NCBI GenBank assembly: GCA_030390025.1
Contig: CM059425.1
Location: 165,418,001-165,482,000 of the forward strand
Reading direction: 5' to 3'
Origin: Squalus acanthias
Taxonomy: Eukaryota
DNA length: 64,000 bases
Shown here: positions 1-12,310 of the stretch, piece by piece
Position numbering within the stretch: position 1 is the stretch's first letter
Layout of the letters: every line of letters begins with the position of its first letter
Notes under the pieces: model-generated
Seen by the model: the letters and a program-made list of their open reading frames with translations, nothing else
What the model was told of the DNA's origin: nothing
The model's database searches: none
Position numbers and translations under genes: made by a program

Positions 1-643
1 CGACTTTTTGTCCAGCGCGGCGCTGCTAACGACTCCCGCTAAATTCAGCGGGAGTTTAGCAGCGGCGGTAATCAGTAGTGCCCCACTCCGTTGCGCAGGC
101 GATGACAACGTCATCACCATGTGCAGCGCCCCTTTTTCGTCCCGCCTACAAAATTGTCCCGCACCTCCTGAATCTGCGTGGGGCGATGACAGTGACCGAT
201 TCAGGGGGCGGGGACGGAGCGGCAGGAGGCTCACGGGGTGCTAACTAAAGGGGAGGTGGAGGGAGAAATCGTCCGACTTACTTGTTGTGACCCATTGCGT
301 CTTTGAATGTGAGGTCCATGCCGCGATCTGGCAATCTGGCACTCCTCTTGAGAGCTGGGCTGCTGGTACGGCACCCCACTCCCTGATGGTCCAGGTAGGG
401 CCCCGCAGAGTTGTGGGCTTGGGCCCCTCCCCTTTAATGAGGGGAGGAGCCCTTCCATGCGGCAGCGCCAAGTAGCCCAGTGTGTAGTGCTGCAGCACGC
501 ACCGCCCCGATATTCGGGGTTAGTGCTCTAAGAAGGAAGTGGAGTGCTTGAATTAGCGCTCCACCTCCCTCTTGGGGTACTAAAACTGAAGTTCGCGATC
601 GTCGGCCCTATTTTTCGCTGGGCGCTAAAGTTAGCGATGGGGG
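1..643. mobile_element. Harbinger-derived GC-rich MITE (family A), cut by the window edge and truncated on the right
   Basis: Positions ~15-130 are the reverse complement of ~19820-19925 in the TIR-bounded MITE at 19337; repeated TAGCGC/GCGCTA motifs. Confidence 0.7.
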
Positions 644-740
644 TTAGATGAAGAAGAGTGGGAGGAGGCTCGTGTGGAGCATAAACACCGGCATGGACCT
701 GTTGGGCCGAATGGCCTGTTTCTGTGTTATAAATACTAAG
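644..740 (+). mobile_element. CR1-type 3' tail / SINE tail fragment
   Basis: GGAGGAGGCTCGTGTGGAGCATAAACACC...TGGGCCGAATGGCCTGTTTCTGTG; a second copy lies at ~5455-5540. Confidence 0.6.
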
Positions 741-1583
741 TAATACAGAGATGTTTGGCCCTGCAGAGCTTCTGGCTATTGTTTTCAGACAGCTGTCAGA
801 AGGCCCTGAAGCCAGCAATCATTCCTGCAGTTGGAGGCTTCACAGGAATTTACACCTCCATTTCTAGGTGCAACGATCTACCAAGGGGGTAGGCCTGGAA
901 CAAGAGCACAATGGGGGCATGCTAATGATCTGAACCCAGAAATACAGGTGGCTTCAAGTCATTGCGGGTAGAGTGCAGTTTGGGTACATTCTGTCTATCT
1001 GGTGCCCAGGCAAAGGGAGGAAGAGAGGAACAACAATTGACCTCACTGTCCTCTGCACCAAAGGGGAAAAGAGTGAAAATTGGAAAAAAAAAAATGAAAA
1101 AATCTCAGGTAAAGATTCCTCCACTCTACCTTAATAGGAAGCAACCTTGATTCTAACTGCAGAAAAGCACCACCTATTGCTCCCATGTGATTTTTTTCTA
1201 TTTCTTATACCAACCATTGTTACAGCCTCTCTGAATACAATTGCCAAACAGAATATTGGAATAATGGACTCTTCTGCATTGTGGAAGCATACACACTAGG
1301 AATTGGGTTTAGACTATCCAGACTCATTTCACAGAACAGTTATAGCAAGTGGGAGGGGATGAGAAAGGGAAAGGGAGAAAAAACACTTTCCACCCATTGG
1401 TATGGGTTGGCTATCAACTCAGATTTCAGAGGTGAATGGACAATGTTGTAAATCTAATTAAGACTATTCAATCCACTGGTGAGTTTCTTTTAGGTGTAAG
1501 TTTCTAATGGTGGGAGCAGACATCATAGCCCAAATAAATACACAGATGGCAGGAACTACTGGAGCAGCAGTGACTATGTTACT

Positions 1584-1714
1584 CTATTGAGAGGTCGCAC
1601 AACACCAGGTTATAGTCCAACAGTTTTATTTTAAATAAAACTGTTGGACTATAACCTGGTGTTGTGCGATCTCTCAATTTTGTCCACCCCAGTCCAACAC
1701 CGGCATCTCCGCAT
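1584..1714 (+). mobile_element. Penelope-like element terminus with inverted duplication (hairpin)
   Basis: 46-bp inverted arms 1586-1631/1633-1678; flanked by the 9-bp direct repeat TATGTTACT (1575-1583, 1715-1723); the same sequence adjoins a hammerhead motif at 22167-22255. Confidence 0.75.
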
Positions 1715-3749
1715 TATGTTACTGTAATCATGCCTGGATTATTCACACCACAAAATTGTATCAGGTCCAAGGTTACCTTTTTGTGGCTTTGTCTAATCTG
1801 GAAGCAACCTGAAAGCTCACTTGCATTCTTTACAGTACCAGAGGAGTTGAATTATTTTCTTCCCAAACTCCTTTCTAATCTACTTACTGACAGTGCCCAA
1901 GGGAGGTCAGGCTAGTGTGTAACTTGCTCCCGAGCCTTCACCAATTCCCCTCTGAGATAAGAGGTGGATAAGAACAGTCCTCCAACATTCACTCTTCACT
2001 GTATGGAGGCACTTGGGTCTCTCCCATATTGCTGTGGCTCTGATCAAGAACTCAGTAGCATAGGTGATAGAACAGCATCCCAATGCTTTGTGGCACCATG
2101 CCGCCTTGAATTTTCAACAGTTTTAACTGGCTTTCTGACAGTTTTTGAATAAAATTATTTTCACACCCCAATCAGCTTGTGATCCATGGCAGTATTGTTT
2201 ACCAGCCATCTGTTCATTCATTAGAACTGTTTTTAATTTATTTATGTATTTGCATAGCTTAGCTTTCAAAATTCTTTACACAGTATTATAACACTGCAAC
2301 ATTAATAAAAGCCATTTGTTTCCAATTTTAACTAAGATTTAATTATTTAATCAAATGTAGTAAGAGTCTTTAAAAACATTTAACCCCTTAATGCAACCCA
2401 GACAGATTATCCGTCAAACTGTGGCTTGAGGTAACTTATCTTGAGGTTGCAGCTTTCCACTTAACATTTAAAAATTGCATCAGATTGATCTGGCCAGATG
2501 TAACTATACCAATCTCCAGAATGCCATGTCCTAATCAGCTGATTCACCAGCCTTTGGAGCTGAGTTTTCGCAATCAGAAACCATTTATTTTTATGTATCT
2601 CCCACCTTTAAAATGGAAGGTAGAACTTCAATGACTCAGGAAAAAGGCAAGGAGAATTTTTAGAACCAATTATCCTTTTAGAAAAATGGTATATAATGGA
2701 TAGATTAGATCATATTGGATTTTAAATGAACCATTATATAATAAAAATAGAAGGGAGAAAAATACAAAACTGATTGGGAAGATGGGAGAATAGGGAAAAT
2801 ACGGAAGATGCAGAAAAAAGCGAAGACAGGACCAGCATAAATGAAGTGTCAAAATTGTATTGCAAAGGTTTAATTTGATAGTTAAAAAGTTATTATAGTA
2901 ATAAAACTGTTGACATTTAATAGCTTTTTTACTGTTTTATTAAGGTTTGTTGCAGCATCATAGTATGCAAGCTAAAGATTAAAATAAAAAGTGACTATCA
3001 AGAAGCCTGAAATTTCCCTGAGTTTGCCAGAAATTTTAAAGGCTTATGGGCCAATAGTGTAATCCTTTGCACTCATCACTTCCTGCAGATCAGGTGCCCA
3101 TTTCCTGCATTAATGGGTAGCTCATGCTGTATGCGCAGTGTGAACCAATCAAGTGTTTTTAAAAGCACTGATTAGACTAGATTAAATAATTAAACTTTAG
3201 TTGAAACTAGAAAGAAATGGCTTTATTAAAGTTGCAGTATTATAATACAGTGTAAATAATTTTGACGGCAAACATCTACGGTAACAGTTAAAGTCCGAGT
3301 ACCTGTTGTATGCTTGGCTGATTAAAGCTTGAATTTTATATGTGTTAGGCGATGTCTCCATAATGTATTTGGAGTGCCTGAATTAAATGGGCATTGGGAT
3401 ACCTCCTTCCTTCAAATGGGTCCTTGCTGTTAAAAGGTATGTTGCTGGTTTTCAGATTTCTGTTTAGCTGTTCATCATTCACTGATTCTGTGCTATGTTG
3501 ATGTTGTGGGGAAAAGGAAGTTAGTGACTAGGGAAACTGATAGTTTCTTAAAGCTGCACCATAGTGTTAACTGTGCCTGTATCCCCAGACAATGATTATT
3601 GTCTCCTGCTTTGAGAGGAGCTATGGGTATCTCTATGGGCTTAGCTCTCTATTTGTAGGTGAGTTTGAACTCAGAGGAGCAATGAGGACCCACCCTTAGG
3701 CCACCAGCCACATATACAGGTCCAGACATTTGCATTTGTGCAGACAAAA

Positions 3750-4200
3750 CATCTATGCAGACATTATATTTCCCTAAAGAGGTCGTCACTGAACTATACA
3801 CACTCCTGCGGCCAGACACTAAATGACTTCAGCAGGAGGGACAGTTGTCAACCTCAGTCAAGATAACTGCAGCCACAAACTTTTATGCAATGGGGTTATT
3901 TCAAAATATCTGCCAGATTACCCAAACCCGATACACACTTGCACATGCAGGACATAGATGCCATGTTTTCCCATGTCTCTCAATTCATCAACTTCCTCAT
4001 GGAAAGCACACAGGAAGGAATACAAGAGTGCCCAGCACTTTTGCCATCTACCCGAAAGCCCCAGAGTGTAGGCTAATGTTGATGGCACAAAAGTGGTCAT
4101 ATTACCCCAGTAAGTGTGGCAAGCAACAAACACCAAGCACAATACCCACAAAGGCATAGCTATACATTTGGAATGTAGATGAACAATTGCTAGGCACCTG
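3750..4200 (+). pseudogene. Degraded Harbinger transposase fragment
   Basis: STSVKITAATNFYAMGLFQ and DAMFSHVSQFINF align with SVAVKVTVALNFYATSSFQ and IALYKRRHQYISF of ORF 47227-48312. Confidence 0.7.
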
Positions 4201-4289
4201 GACATTGTCCCTCTATGATGCTGCACTATACCCATGTTGAAGTGATATCAAGATAACACTCCCACATAATGCAAAATGTGAGCAGACTT

Positions 4290-4530
4290 GCCTTGGTAAC
4301 CTCATGAAGCACAGTTAAATTCTTCCTCACTTGCTTCCTGGTTAGGGCCATAGCTGAGACAGCTTCAACTCTCTCTATCATCCCCATCCAGGCTGTTATC
4401 TTGCCTGGAAAGTACCTGTCTGCACCAAAAAAGATCCACCCCTCTCTGTAGCACCTCTTGCAGAAGCACCTACAAAGCAACATCTGGGAATGATGCTGTT
4501 CTGCCTCTGCAGCTTGCTTCAGCCATGTTG
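4290..4530 (-). pseudogene. Degraded Harbinger Myb/SANT-like exon 1
   Basis: IFFGADRYFPGKITAWMGMIERVEAVSAMALTRKQVRKNLTVL resembles VLFPSSGR..KAAWLQIAEEVSSRSLCARSWVQCRKRFNDL; convergent with the adjacent transposase relic. Confidence 0.55.
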
Positions 4531-4634
4531 TAAATTTGTAGCCAGTTCTTCTTTAATTGTGTCCAGCAACCCTTTAAGAGTTGCTGATACTTGATAAACC
4601 ATACCAATTTTTGCACACTCCTAACTAACTCCAT

Positions 4635-5379
4635 GGGGTAAAAATTCAGTTGGTTGCGCCTCCCGTTAGCGCCTTAAGAGGGCGCTAATGGGGCACAAAG
4701 CCGCTAACGCCCGGGCGCAGCGATGTTTGCGCCGCTCGGGAACTTAACTAGACATTGTGCGGCGGCGCTAAACTTTACCGCCGCGACCACCTGCGCGCGC
4801 AGATTGTGACGTCATTCCATGGTGCAACGCCCTTGTGGCGCCCCGGAGCGGAAATTGAGTGGCGCCCCCTGCCTTACCGCCTGGCGCATCCAACGACCGG
4901 AAGACTGGAACGCTATCAATCGCTGTGGGGCTGGGGGGGGCGCTATTTAAAGGGGGCCTCTTCCTGTCTTTTTCTGTGGTTGACATTTTTGCACCACTCG
5001 TTCTGAGAGAGAGAGAGAGATTCGGAGAGAGAGAAAGAGAGACTTCTGCATTGACTCAACGCTTTGTGAGGTAGTTTTGCCTACTGATCCTAACAGTTGG
5101 CCCCCCCCCCCCCGCTTTAAGAACTGGCCGGCGCCAGTGTGTCTGTGTTCCCTCGCTAACTGGCAGCAGCTGCGCTGCGCTCGCGCGCTGAGTTAGCGCC
5201 TCACTGCTCGGCCTTTGCGCCTTAAGACAGGTGTGCAGTGCCTGATTTAACGCTCCACTCACCTCCCGGGGCGGTAAAAGTGAAGTTTCCAGTCAGTGGC
5301 GATAATTAGCGCCAGGCGCTAATATTTGCGTCCAGACGATATTTGCGCCCCAAATGGGGCGCGACCTAATTTTTCCCCC
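4635..5379 (-). mobile_element. Non-autonomous Harbinger (family A), internal deletion derivative of the 44648-type element
   Basis: TIRs GGGGTAAAAATT / AATTTTTCCCCC; TSD CAT (4632-34, 5380-82); both halves match the termini of 44648-50785 in reverse orientation. Confidence 0.9.
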
Positions 5380-5454
5380 CATATGCTGTGCTGGGTGCAC
5401 TGAAAATGTATTGAAATGAACTGATGCTCCATTATAGTGAAAGGTCTTAAGAAA

Positions 5455-5540
5455 TTAGACTGGAAGGAGGCTCGTGTAGCTTATAAACACTGACATTGAT
5501 CAGCTGGGCTGAATGGCCTATTTCTGTGCTGTAGATTCTA
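5455..5540 (+). mobile_element. CR1-type 3' tail / SINE tail fragment
   Basis: Similar to 644-740. Confidence 0.55.
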
Positions 5541-7129
5541 AGTCGCAATAACAGGGTGAAAATGAATACAAACAAAGTTGAAAGAAAATTTGGATTCCAT
5601 GATCGAGCTCGGGTTAGGCAAAATGCCTGATCTGGGCATGAACACAATGGTATACTGTTGCACAGGTGTGAGTTGTAGGAGGATGGAAGATTATAATGGC
5701 CTGTGCACCCAACGAGCATCAGTCCTGGTGCCATTGCACTTGAACTGTTTTAATTGCCCATATACTTATTTAAGGACAATTGTGAAGGTCCATCATAAGA
5801 GTAGCAGTATTAAAGGTACACGTTATTGGTACAAAAAGCTATTCTTCTAACAGGCTTCACATTGGTATGGTGACATTATGGTCTGTTAGAACTGTCTGGA
5901 TTCTGAGTAGATCTGAAGGTTGGAGTCTAGTGATTAGTGTCTTTGTTTTCAGATTGACCTGTAGAACGTCTAGTTTAAAAACAACATCCTTCTCAACAAC
6001 TTAAGATTGATTTTGTTTCCTTGCACTGTGACTTGACTCACCAGCAGCTGCAGAATAATTAGTAAAATCTTTGAAAACAAAGGTCTGAGATAAAAAGATT
6101 TAATCAGATGCCGAAGTTTACACTGAAGTGGTTTACAACGTTACTATAAAATCTCACCCACGATTCTTGACGGGCAGAAGCTTAGATATATTGGCTAGAC
6201 AGACCTATGTCAACAGACCAATTAAAGCTCTAGACCACCTGCAGACAATTTACTAACTGCTCTGCAACTTTCAACTAAGGCAAGTGCATATGAAGTAAGA
6301 TAACTTGCTATGTCTGGTACTATTATCAAGTGTAATATACTTTTACAGACCCTAACCCCAGTATACCAACATGTGTGAGATTCTATTTCCAATTTGTTTT
6401 AAAAGATCATTTGTACTGTGATTTTTGCATTGCACCAACAGTAGGTCTGCATTCTTTCATTTGCTTAGGGCTCCTTTAATCCATAGCCATCTATCTCAGT
6501 GCATTACTAATAGTGAGATGTTAAAAATGAGACAGTTTTACTGAATTATTAAAATGTCTAGCCACATAGACCAAAAGTAGTCTCCAAAAGAGTGAGACAT
6601 CTGTGAAAAATAACCGTGAACAAAAAAGGGATATTTACTCTCACTATTTTTAATTATCCATCTGTTTTCTCACTGAATTCTACCAGTGAAGCTGACTGAA
6701 GTTAAGATACAACAGATCTGTACAGTGCATTTTAAGTCTTCCTTCCTTCTTTGTCCTAACACACACAATCACCATCTTAAATTTTCATGTTGCTGTCAGT
6801 AGTAACATATACTATGATCTATCCAAGAGTATATTTACTTGCTGGTTAAACTGAAGATTGATATTAGATACATCCAACCTATAACAAGGAGCAACTATTT
6901 TTATAAGATATATTTTACTATATCTAAAGAGTGTGAAAGGAATATTGGGGATTTAAAAAAAATAAACCCCAGCATACCAACCTAGTGGACATGGGTCTGT
7001 CAGAACTTAAACTGCAGCTATACTTTTATCACTTTTATTACAGTACACAAAAATCATAGTTTATAGCAGTAGTGATTTAGAAATTAAAGGAAGTGGTGTG
7101 TGAGTGCATGAGATTTATTTTCTACTGGG

Positions 7130-8147
7130 GGCACCGAAAACACAGCGTCAGTTTCCACATGTACGCTGATGACACCCAGCTCTACCTCACCACCACTTCT
7201 CTCAACCCTTCCATGGTCTCTAAATTGTCAGACTGCTTGTCCGACATCCAGTACTGGATGAGCAGAAATTTTCTCCAATTAAATATTGGGAAGACCAAGG
7301 CCGTTTTCTTCGGTTCCCACCACAAACTCCGTTCCCTAGCCACTGACTCCTCTCCCTAGCATCTGTCTGAGGCTGAACCACACTGTTCGCAACCTTTGTG
7401 TCATATTTGACCCTGAAAAGAGCTTACGACCACATATCTGCGCCATATCTAAGACCGCTTATTTCCACTTCCGTAACATCACCCGTCTCCGCCCCTGCCT
7501 CAGTTCATCTGCTGCTGAAACCCTCATCCATGCCTTTGTTACCTCTAGACTTGACTATTCCAAAGCACTCCTGGCTGGCCTCCCACGTTCTACCCTACAT
7601 AAACTTGAGGTCATCCAAAACTCGGCTGCCCATGTCCTAACTCGCACCAAGTCCCATTCACCCATCATCCCTGTGCTCGCTGACCTACATTGGCTCCCAG
7701 TTAAGCAACGCCTCAATTTTAAAATTCTCATCCTTGTTTTCAAATCCCTCCATGGCCTCGCCCCCTCGCTGTCTTTGTAATCTCCTCCAGCACCACAACG
7801 CCACCCCTCCTCTGCCGAGATATCTGCGCTCCTCTAATTCTGCCCTCTTGAGCATCCCTGAGTTTAATCACTCAACCATTGGTGGTCCTGCCTTCTGTTG
7901 CCTAGACCCTAAGCTCTGGAATTCCCTGCCTAAACCTCTCCGCCTTGCTACCTCTCTTTCCTCCTTTAAGACGCTCCTTAAAACCTACCTCTTTGACCAA
8001 GCTTTTGGTCACCTGCCCCCATTTCTCCTTAGGTGGCTCGGTGCCAAATTTTTTATCTTGTAATACTCCTGTGAAGGGCCTTGGGACATTTTACTATGTT
8101 AAAGGTGCTATATAAATACAAGTTGTTGTTAGTGTTGTTGTTGTTGT
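7130..8147 (+). mobile_element. L2 LINE, 5'-truncated (RT C-terminus and 3' UTR)
   Basis: FHMYADDTQLY motif, TSRLDYS, LHWLPVKQR; (GTT)n tail. Confidence 0.9.
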
Positions 8148-9149
8148 GTGCGCTTCTGGAAGGCCAATCAAAACCATAGCAAGCAGATGTACCAGTAGAG
8201 AATGTTGCATTGTTAAGCAGCTGTCTACATATTTTTTTTGAACATCAGTAATGGGTGGGAGGAGTGTTTGGAGGTATGCCGCTTCTAGTCTCATTGTTCT
8301 TCTTACTTTCTCACTCATTACTGTCATACATAACAGTATCTCTCATGGGAAGCATTCCATGCTAAAACTCTTGTAACACATTTTCCTAATGAATCTTCCA
8401 AGATGAGGTATCATCATCTGGTGGCTGCCAAGCCCAAGCATTTCACAGCAGGAGCATTATACACTCCACCTGGCACTGGCAGCATTACTGATCCAAGTAC
8501 CTTGGGCCATTTAGATTGCAAGGTGGGGTAGGAATCACCTTGTGAAGCACCTATCACAAGTAAAAAGGAGCAAATGAAAGTGGGAGCCGAGGAACAGCAT
8601 TCCACTGCTGTACAGGCAAAGGATTACTCTACTGAATCTTCAGAAGCAAGTTAATCAATAACTATGACGCCTTTTGAGACCATGATGAATATCCTGCAAT
8701 GGTTGTCAGATGACACGCAGGCGTAATGACACCTGTCTTCTCAGCAGCAATAAGTCACAGATTTTTACAACTACGTGTACCCTAAAGCATATAGCAACTT
8801 CTTGGACATCTGCAGGGGTGCCCCTGAGGGCAGAGGGATCAAGTCCAGACAGAATCTCTCATGAACACTGTGACTGCAGCTATTGGAGTCTTGAGCTGCA
8901 ACTTACAAGTGATAGTCAGTGCTGAATTTGACAGGTGATGGAGATCAGAACCGTGATGCTGGGCTTCATCCTGTTCAGTGGAACCCACAGTCTGTTCTCG
9001 TATTTATTGCTGGGCATCCTGCAGATGTGCCTAGTGCCTGGAGCATGGTAGGAAGAGGAACAGACGAACCAGCTTGCTCTCAGGGTAACCACACAGTGGA
9101 GACAGTATAGAAGGGAAGCAAACATTATTAGGAAAAGAGAGTATGAAGA

Positions 9150-9890
9150 AAGACTGATAGGGAACAGGAAACGGTAAAGGATTATATAGACAAATAAAAA
9201 TTAGAGACAAGAAAGGAAATTTCATGGACGATAAAGGAATGGCTGAGAGAAAATTAGTACTTTACCTCAGATTTTACAAGAGAGTGTGGTAGTCTGAATG
9301 GTACAAGAGGAGGTGGAGAAATTGGATAAGGACGTGGTACTAAAACCTTTGGTGCAACTCAAAGTGGAAAAAGCACCTAGCCCTGATGGCATGCATCCTA
9401 GAATTCTGAGGGAATTCAGGGAGGAAATTGCAGAGGCTCAGACCAGAATCTTTCAAACATTCTAGGATATGGCAATCGGGCCAGAGGAGGATTGATAATA
9501 TAAAACCAGTGTTCAAAAAGGGATAAGGCTTTATTTTTTTAAACTAAATAATTATAGTAGTGGATAAGAAGCCATTATATGGAATAAAGTTAATACTCAC
9601 TTGGAAAGATAGGGTTAATTAAAGACAGTTAGCACAGATTTGTAAAAAGCAAGTCATTTCCGACAAGTTTGAGTTCTTTCAGAAAATAACGGAGTATATT
9701 GATAAAGGAAATAAAGTGAATGTTGTCCATATGCATTTTCAAATGGTGTTTGATAAAGTACTACATAGGAGACCAGTGGATAAAATTAAGGCACATGGTA
9801 TTAAAGGGAGTGTGACAGCATGGATAGGAAGTTGGTTAGAGGAAGAAAACAGGGAATAGTGGCTCATGGATGTTTTCCATATTGGAGTAA
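9150..9890 (+). mobile_element. Old degraded CR1 ORF2 fragment
   Basis: KAPSPDGMHPRIL, FDKVLHRR and KIKAHGIKG are readable through frameshifts. Confidence 0.7.
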
Positions 9891-10571
9891 TTGAGAATGG
9901 TTGAAGGGCTGGAGGAGATTGCAGAAATAGGCTGGGATAGAGAAAAAGGCTGTAGGGATTTATAGATAAGGACAAGGATTTTGAATTGAGTACTTTGGAG
10001 AATGAGGAACCAGTGTAGGTCAACAAGCACAATGGTGATGGGTGAGCAGAACAAGTTATATGCAGCAGAGTTTTGGGCAAGTTGGAGTTTATGGAGGTTA
10101 GAGGAAGGGAGGCCAGCAAGGAGAGCTTTAGAGTAGTAAAATCTGGAGCTGACATGGCAAAGCTTGACATGGTAAAGACAGATCTGCTGATTGCTGCCTT
10201 GGCCAATGTACACTTGAGTTTCTGCCCTTCTGGCAGTGAAGGAGCAAAGGTGCATAAGGGTCTTAGCAGTGGAGGGGCAATATTGCAGACATGGAAGTAA
10301 GCATTCTTGATGATGGTAGAATGTGGGCTTTAAAGCTCAGGCATTACTGAAGATGCATTGGCTGTTCAGATAGGTACAAGTGCAACCATGCAAGGGCAGT
10401 CCCACAGAGCTGCAGCTAGATGTTTGAGGTGAAACCTCTACATTGTGCTCGTTATGAAATGATTGAGGAGGATAAGGTGAGATAGTACACCATGGCCAGT
10501 AACAGAGGGTGTCATTGATAACTTTGGCTAGGGCAGTTTTGGCGCTGTGAGAAGGATGAAAACTGGAAGGA
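9890..10571 (-). mobile_element. Old L2 LINE 3' portion (continues at ~11970-12040 and ~18096-18800)
   Basis: SRFYYSKALLAGLPSSNLHKLQLAQNSAA...LHW; HSAKTALAKVIND. Confidence 0.75.
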
Positions 10572-11970
10572 TTCCTGCGTGGCTGGTGAAGTGGTGCAGG
10601 AGGGAGGGTTTCAGATTCCTGGGGCATTGGGACCGGTTCTGGGGGAAGAGGCACCTGTACAAGAAGGACAGGTTGCACCTGAACAGAGCTGGGACCATAC
10701 GTTCTTGCTGAGAGGTTAACTCGTACTGTTGGGGTGGGTTTCAACTAATTTAGCAGGGGGAGGGGAACCAGAAGATAGCAGAAAGGAGCAGCATGAGATC
10801 AGAGGACAGAGAGATATAAACAGCAGTAAAATTAAAAATATCCCAAAAATTGCAGGGACCAGATTGAGGAAAATAGCAAAAGTGACGAAGGAGATATTAA
10901 ATTGTATGGGGGCAAAATTGGGTCGTGCTCCCTTTGGGGCGTTAACTTCACCGGGGCGCTACTTTTAGTGCCCCAAAAAAGTTAGCGCCCCCATGCCCGA
11001 AATTCACTGGTAGCGCCCCAAGAGGGAGGCGGGGCGCTACTAGAAGTGCTCCCCCTCCCTCTTGGGGCGCTGCGAGTTAATATCGTGGCGCTACGTGCCG
11101 CAGTGCCACAGGATCGGAGTGCCGGCAAAAGAGCCCGGCACTCAAGAGAAGTGTTGGGCTCACGGAGTGAAGCCGGCACCCCGCGGGGGGGGGGGCTTCA
11201 CAGGAGGCCGGGGACAGCAACGCGGGCAGGTGCTGGCAGGCGGCTAGCAACAAAAATGGCCGCCCGGCACCTCCCCTTTAAATTGCGCCGCCCCGGCCGC
11301 ACATATGCCCCCCTGACCCTGTCGGACATAGCGTCCAGCGGTAAGTCAGGGGACGCTGAATTTCGCGGAAGGCATGAGCGGCGCCACGCCCGGGCGCTAG
11401 TTGCTTTGTGCCCCGTTGGCGCTAACTGGAGGTGCAAATCCACTGAATTTTTCACCCTATGTACGTTAACCTCAGTAGTGTAACTAATAAGGTTGGTGAG
11501 CTGCAGGCATGAGTTGCCACATGGGATTATGACGTGGTTGCATTAACAGAGACACGGCTCAAACAAGGCCAGGAATAAGCTCTTAATATTCCTGGTTACC
11601 AACTAATCAGGAATGATAGAGCAAGAAAAAGAGGAGGGGGTGTGGCAGTATTGATTAAGGATGATGTTACAGTTCTAAATAGAAATTATATATTTCTAGG
11701 ACTGAATCTATTTGGCTTGAGTTAAGGAACAGAGGGGGAGTTGTTACATTGCTGGGAGCTTTTATAGAGCTCCAAACAGTGAGAAGGTAATAGTGGAGCA
11801 AATTTCAAAGGTATGTAACAAAAATAGAGTAGTAATATTAGGAGACTTTAATTACCGAAATATAGACTGGGAAAAACTTAGTGCTGATGGTGGGGAAGGA
11901 GAGGAATTTCTGATATGTGTACCGGAGAACTTTCTCGATCAATATGTCTCCAGCCCAACAAGGAAGGAAG
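10572..11970 (+). mobile_element. CR1 fragment: ORF1 esterase C-terminus plus ORF2 APE endonuclease, interrupted by a MITE
   Basis: AWLVKWCRREGFRFLGHWDRFWG..YKKDRLHLN (ORF1); LNCM|YVN..NKVGEL, VALTET, VILGDFNY, FLDQYVSSPTR (APE). Confidence 0.85.
10908..11457 (+). mobile_element. Harbinger MITE (family A)
   Basis: TIRs GGGGGCAAAATT / AATTTTTCACCC; TSD TAT; homologous to 19337-19956. Confidence 0.88.
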
Positions 11971-12310
11971 CAGATGGGAGGTGATGACACGTTTGGATGC
12001 CTTGAGATGAAAAGGTGTTTAGAAATGGAACAATGAGTATGGCCGCGATTTTATCATTGGTGGCGGGTTGGGTGCGGGTTTGAGGTTCGGCAGGTTCCGG
12101 TCCCGCCTCCGATTTCAGCCGTCCAGAAAATGCGATTTTGCCTTAAGTGGCCTACTTAATGTGTCCGTGCGCGCTACCCGGCCCAATTAGTGGTTTCGGT
12201 TTTGCTGCTCGCCTCTGCTGATGTCTGTCAGCCAGCTGTATTTAAGGGGCCCATGCAGCTTCGTTTCAAATCCTTCCTTTCCTGCTGCTTCTCGTTTTGA
12301 AATTGTTGCC

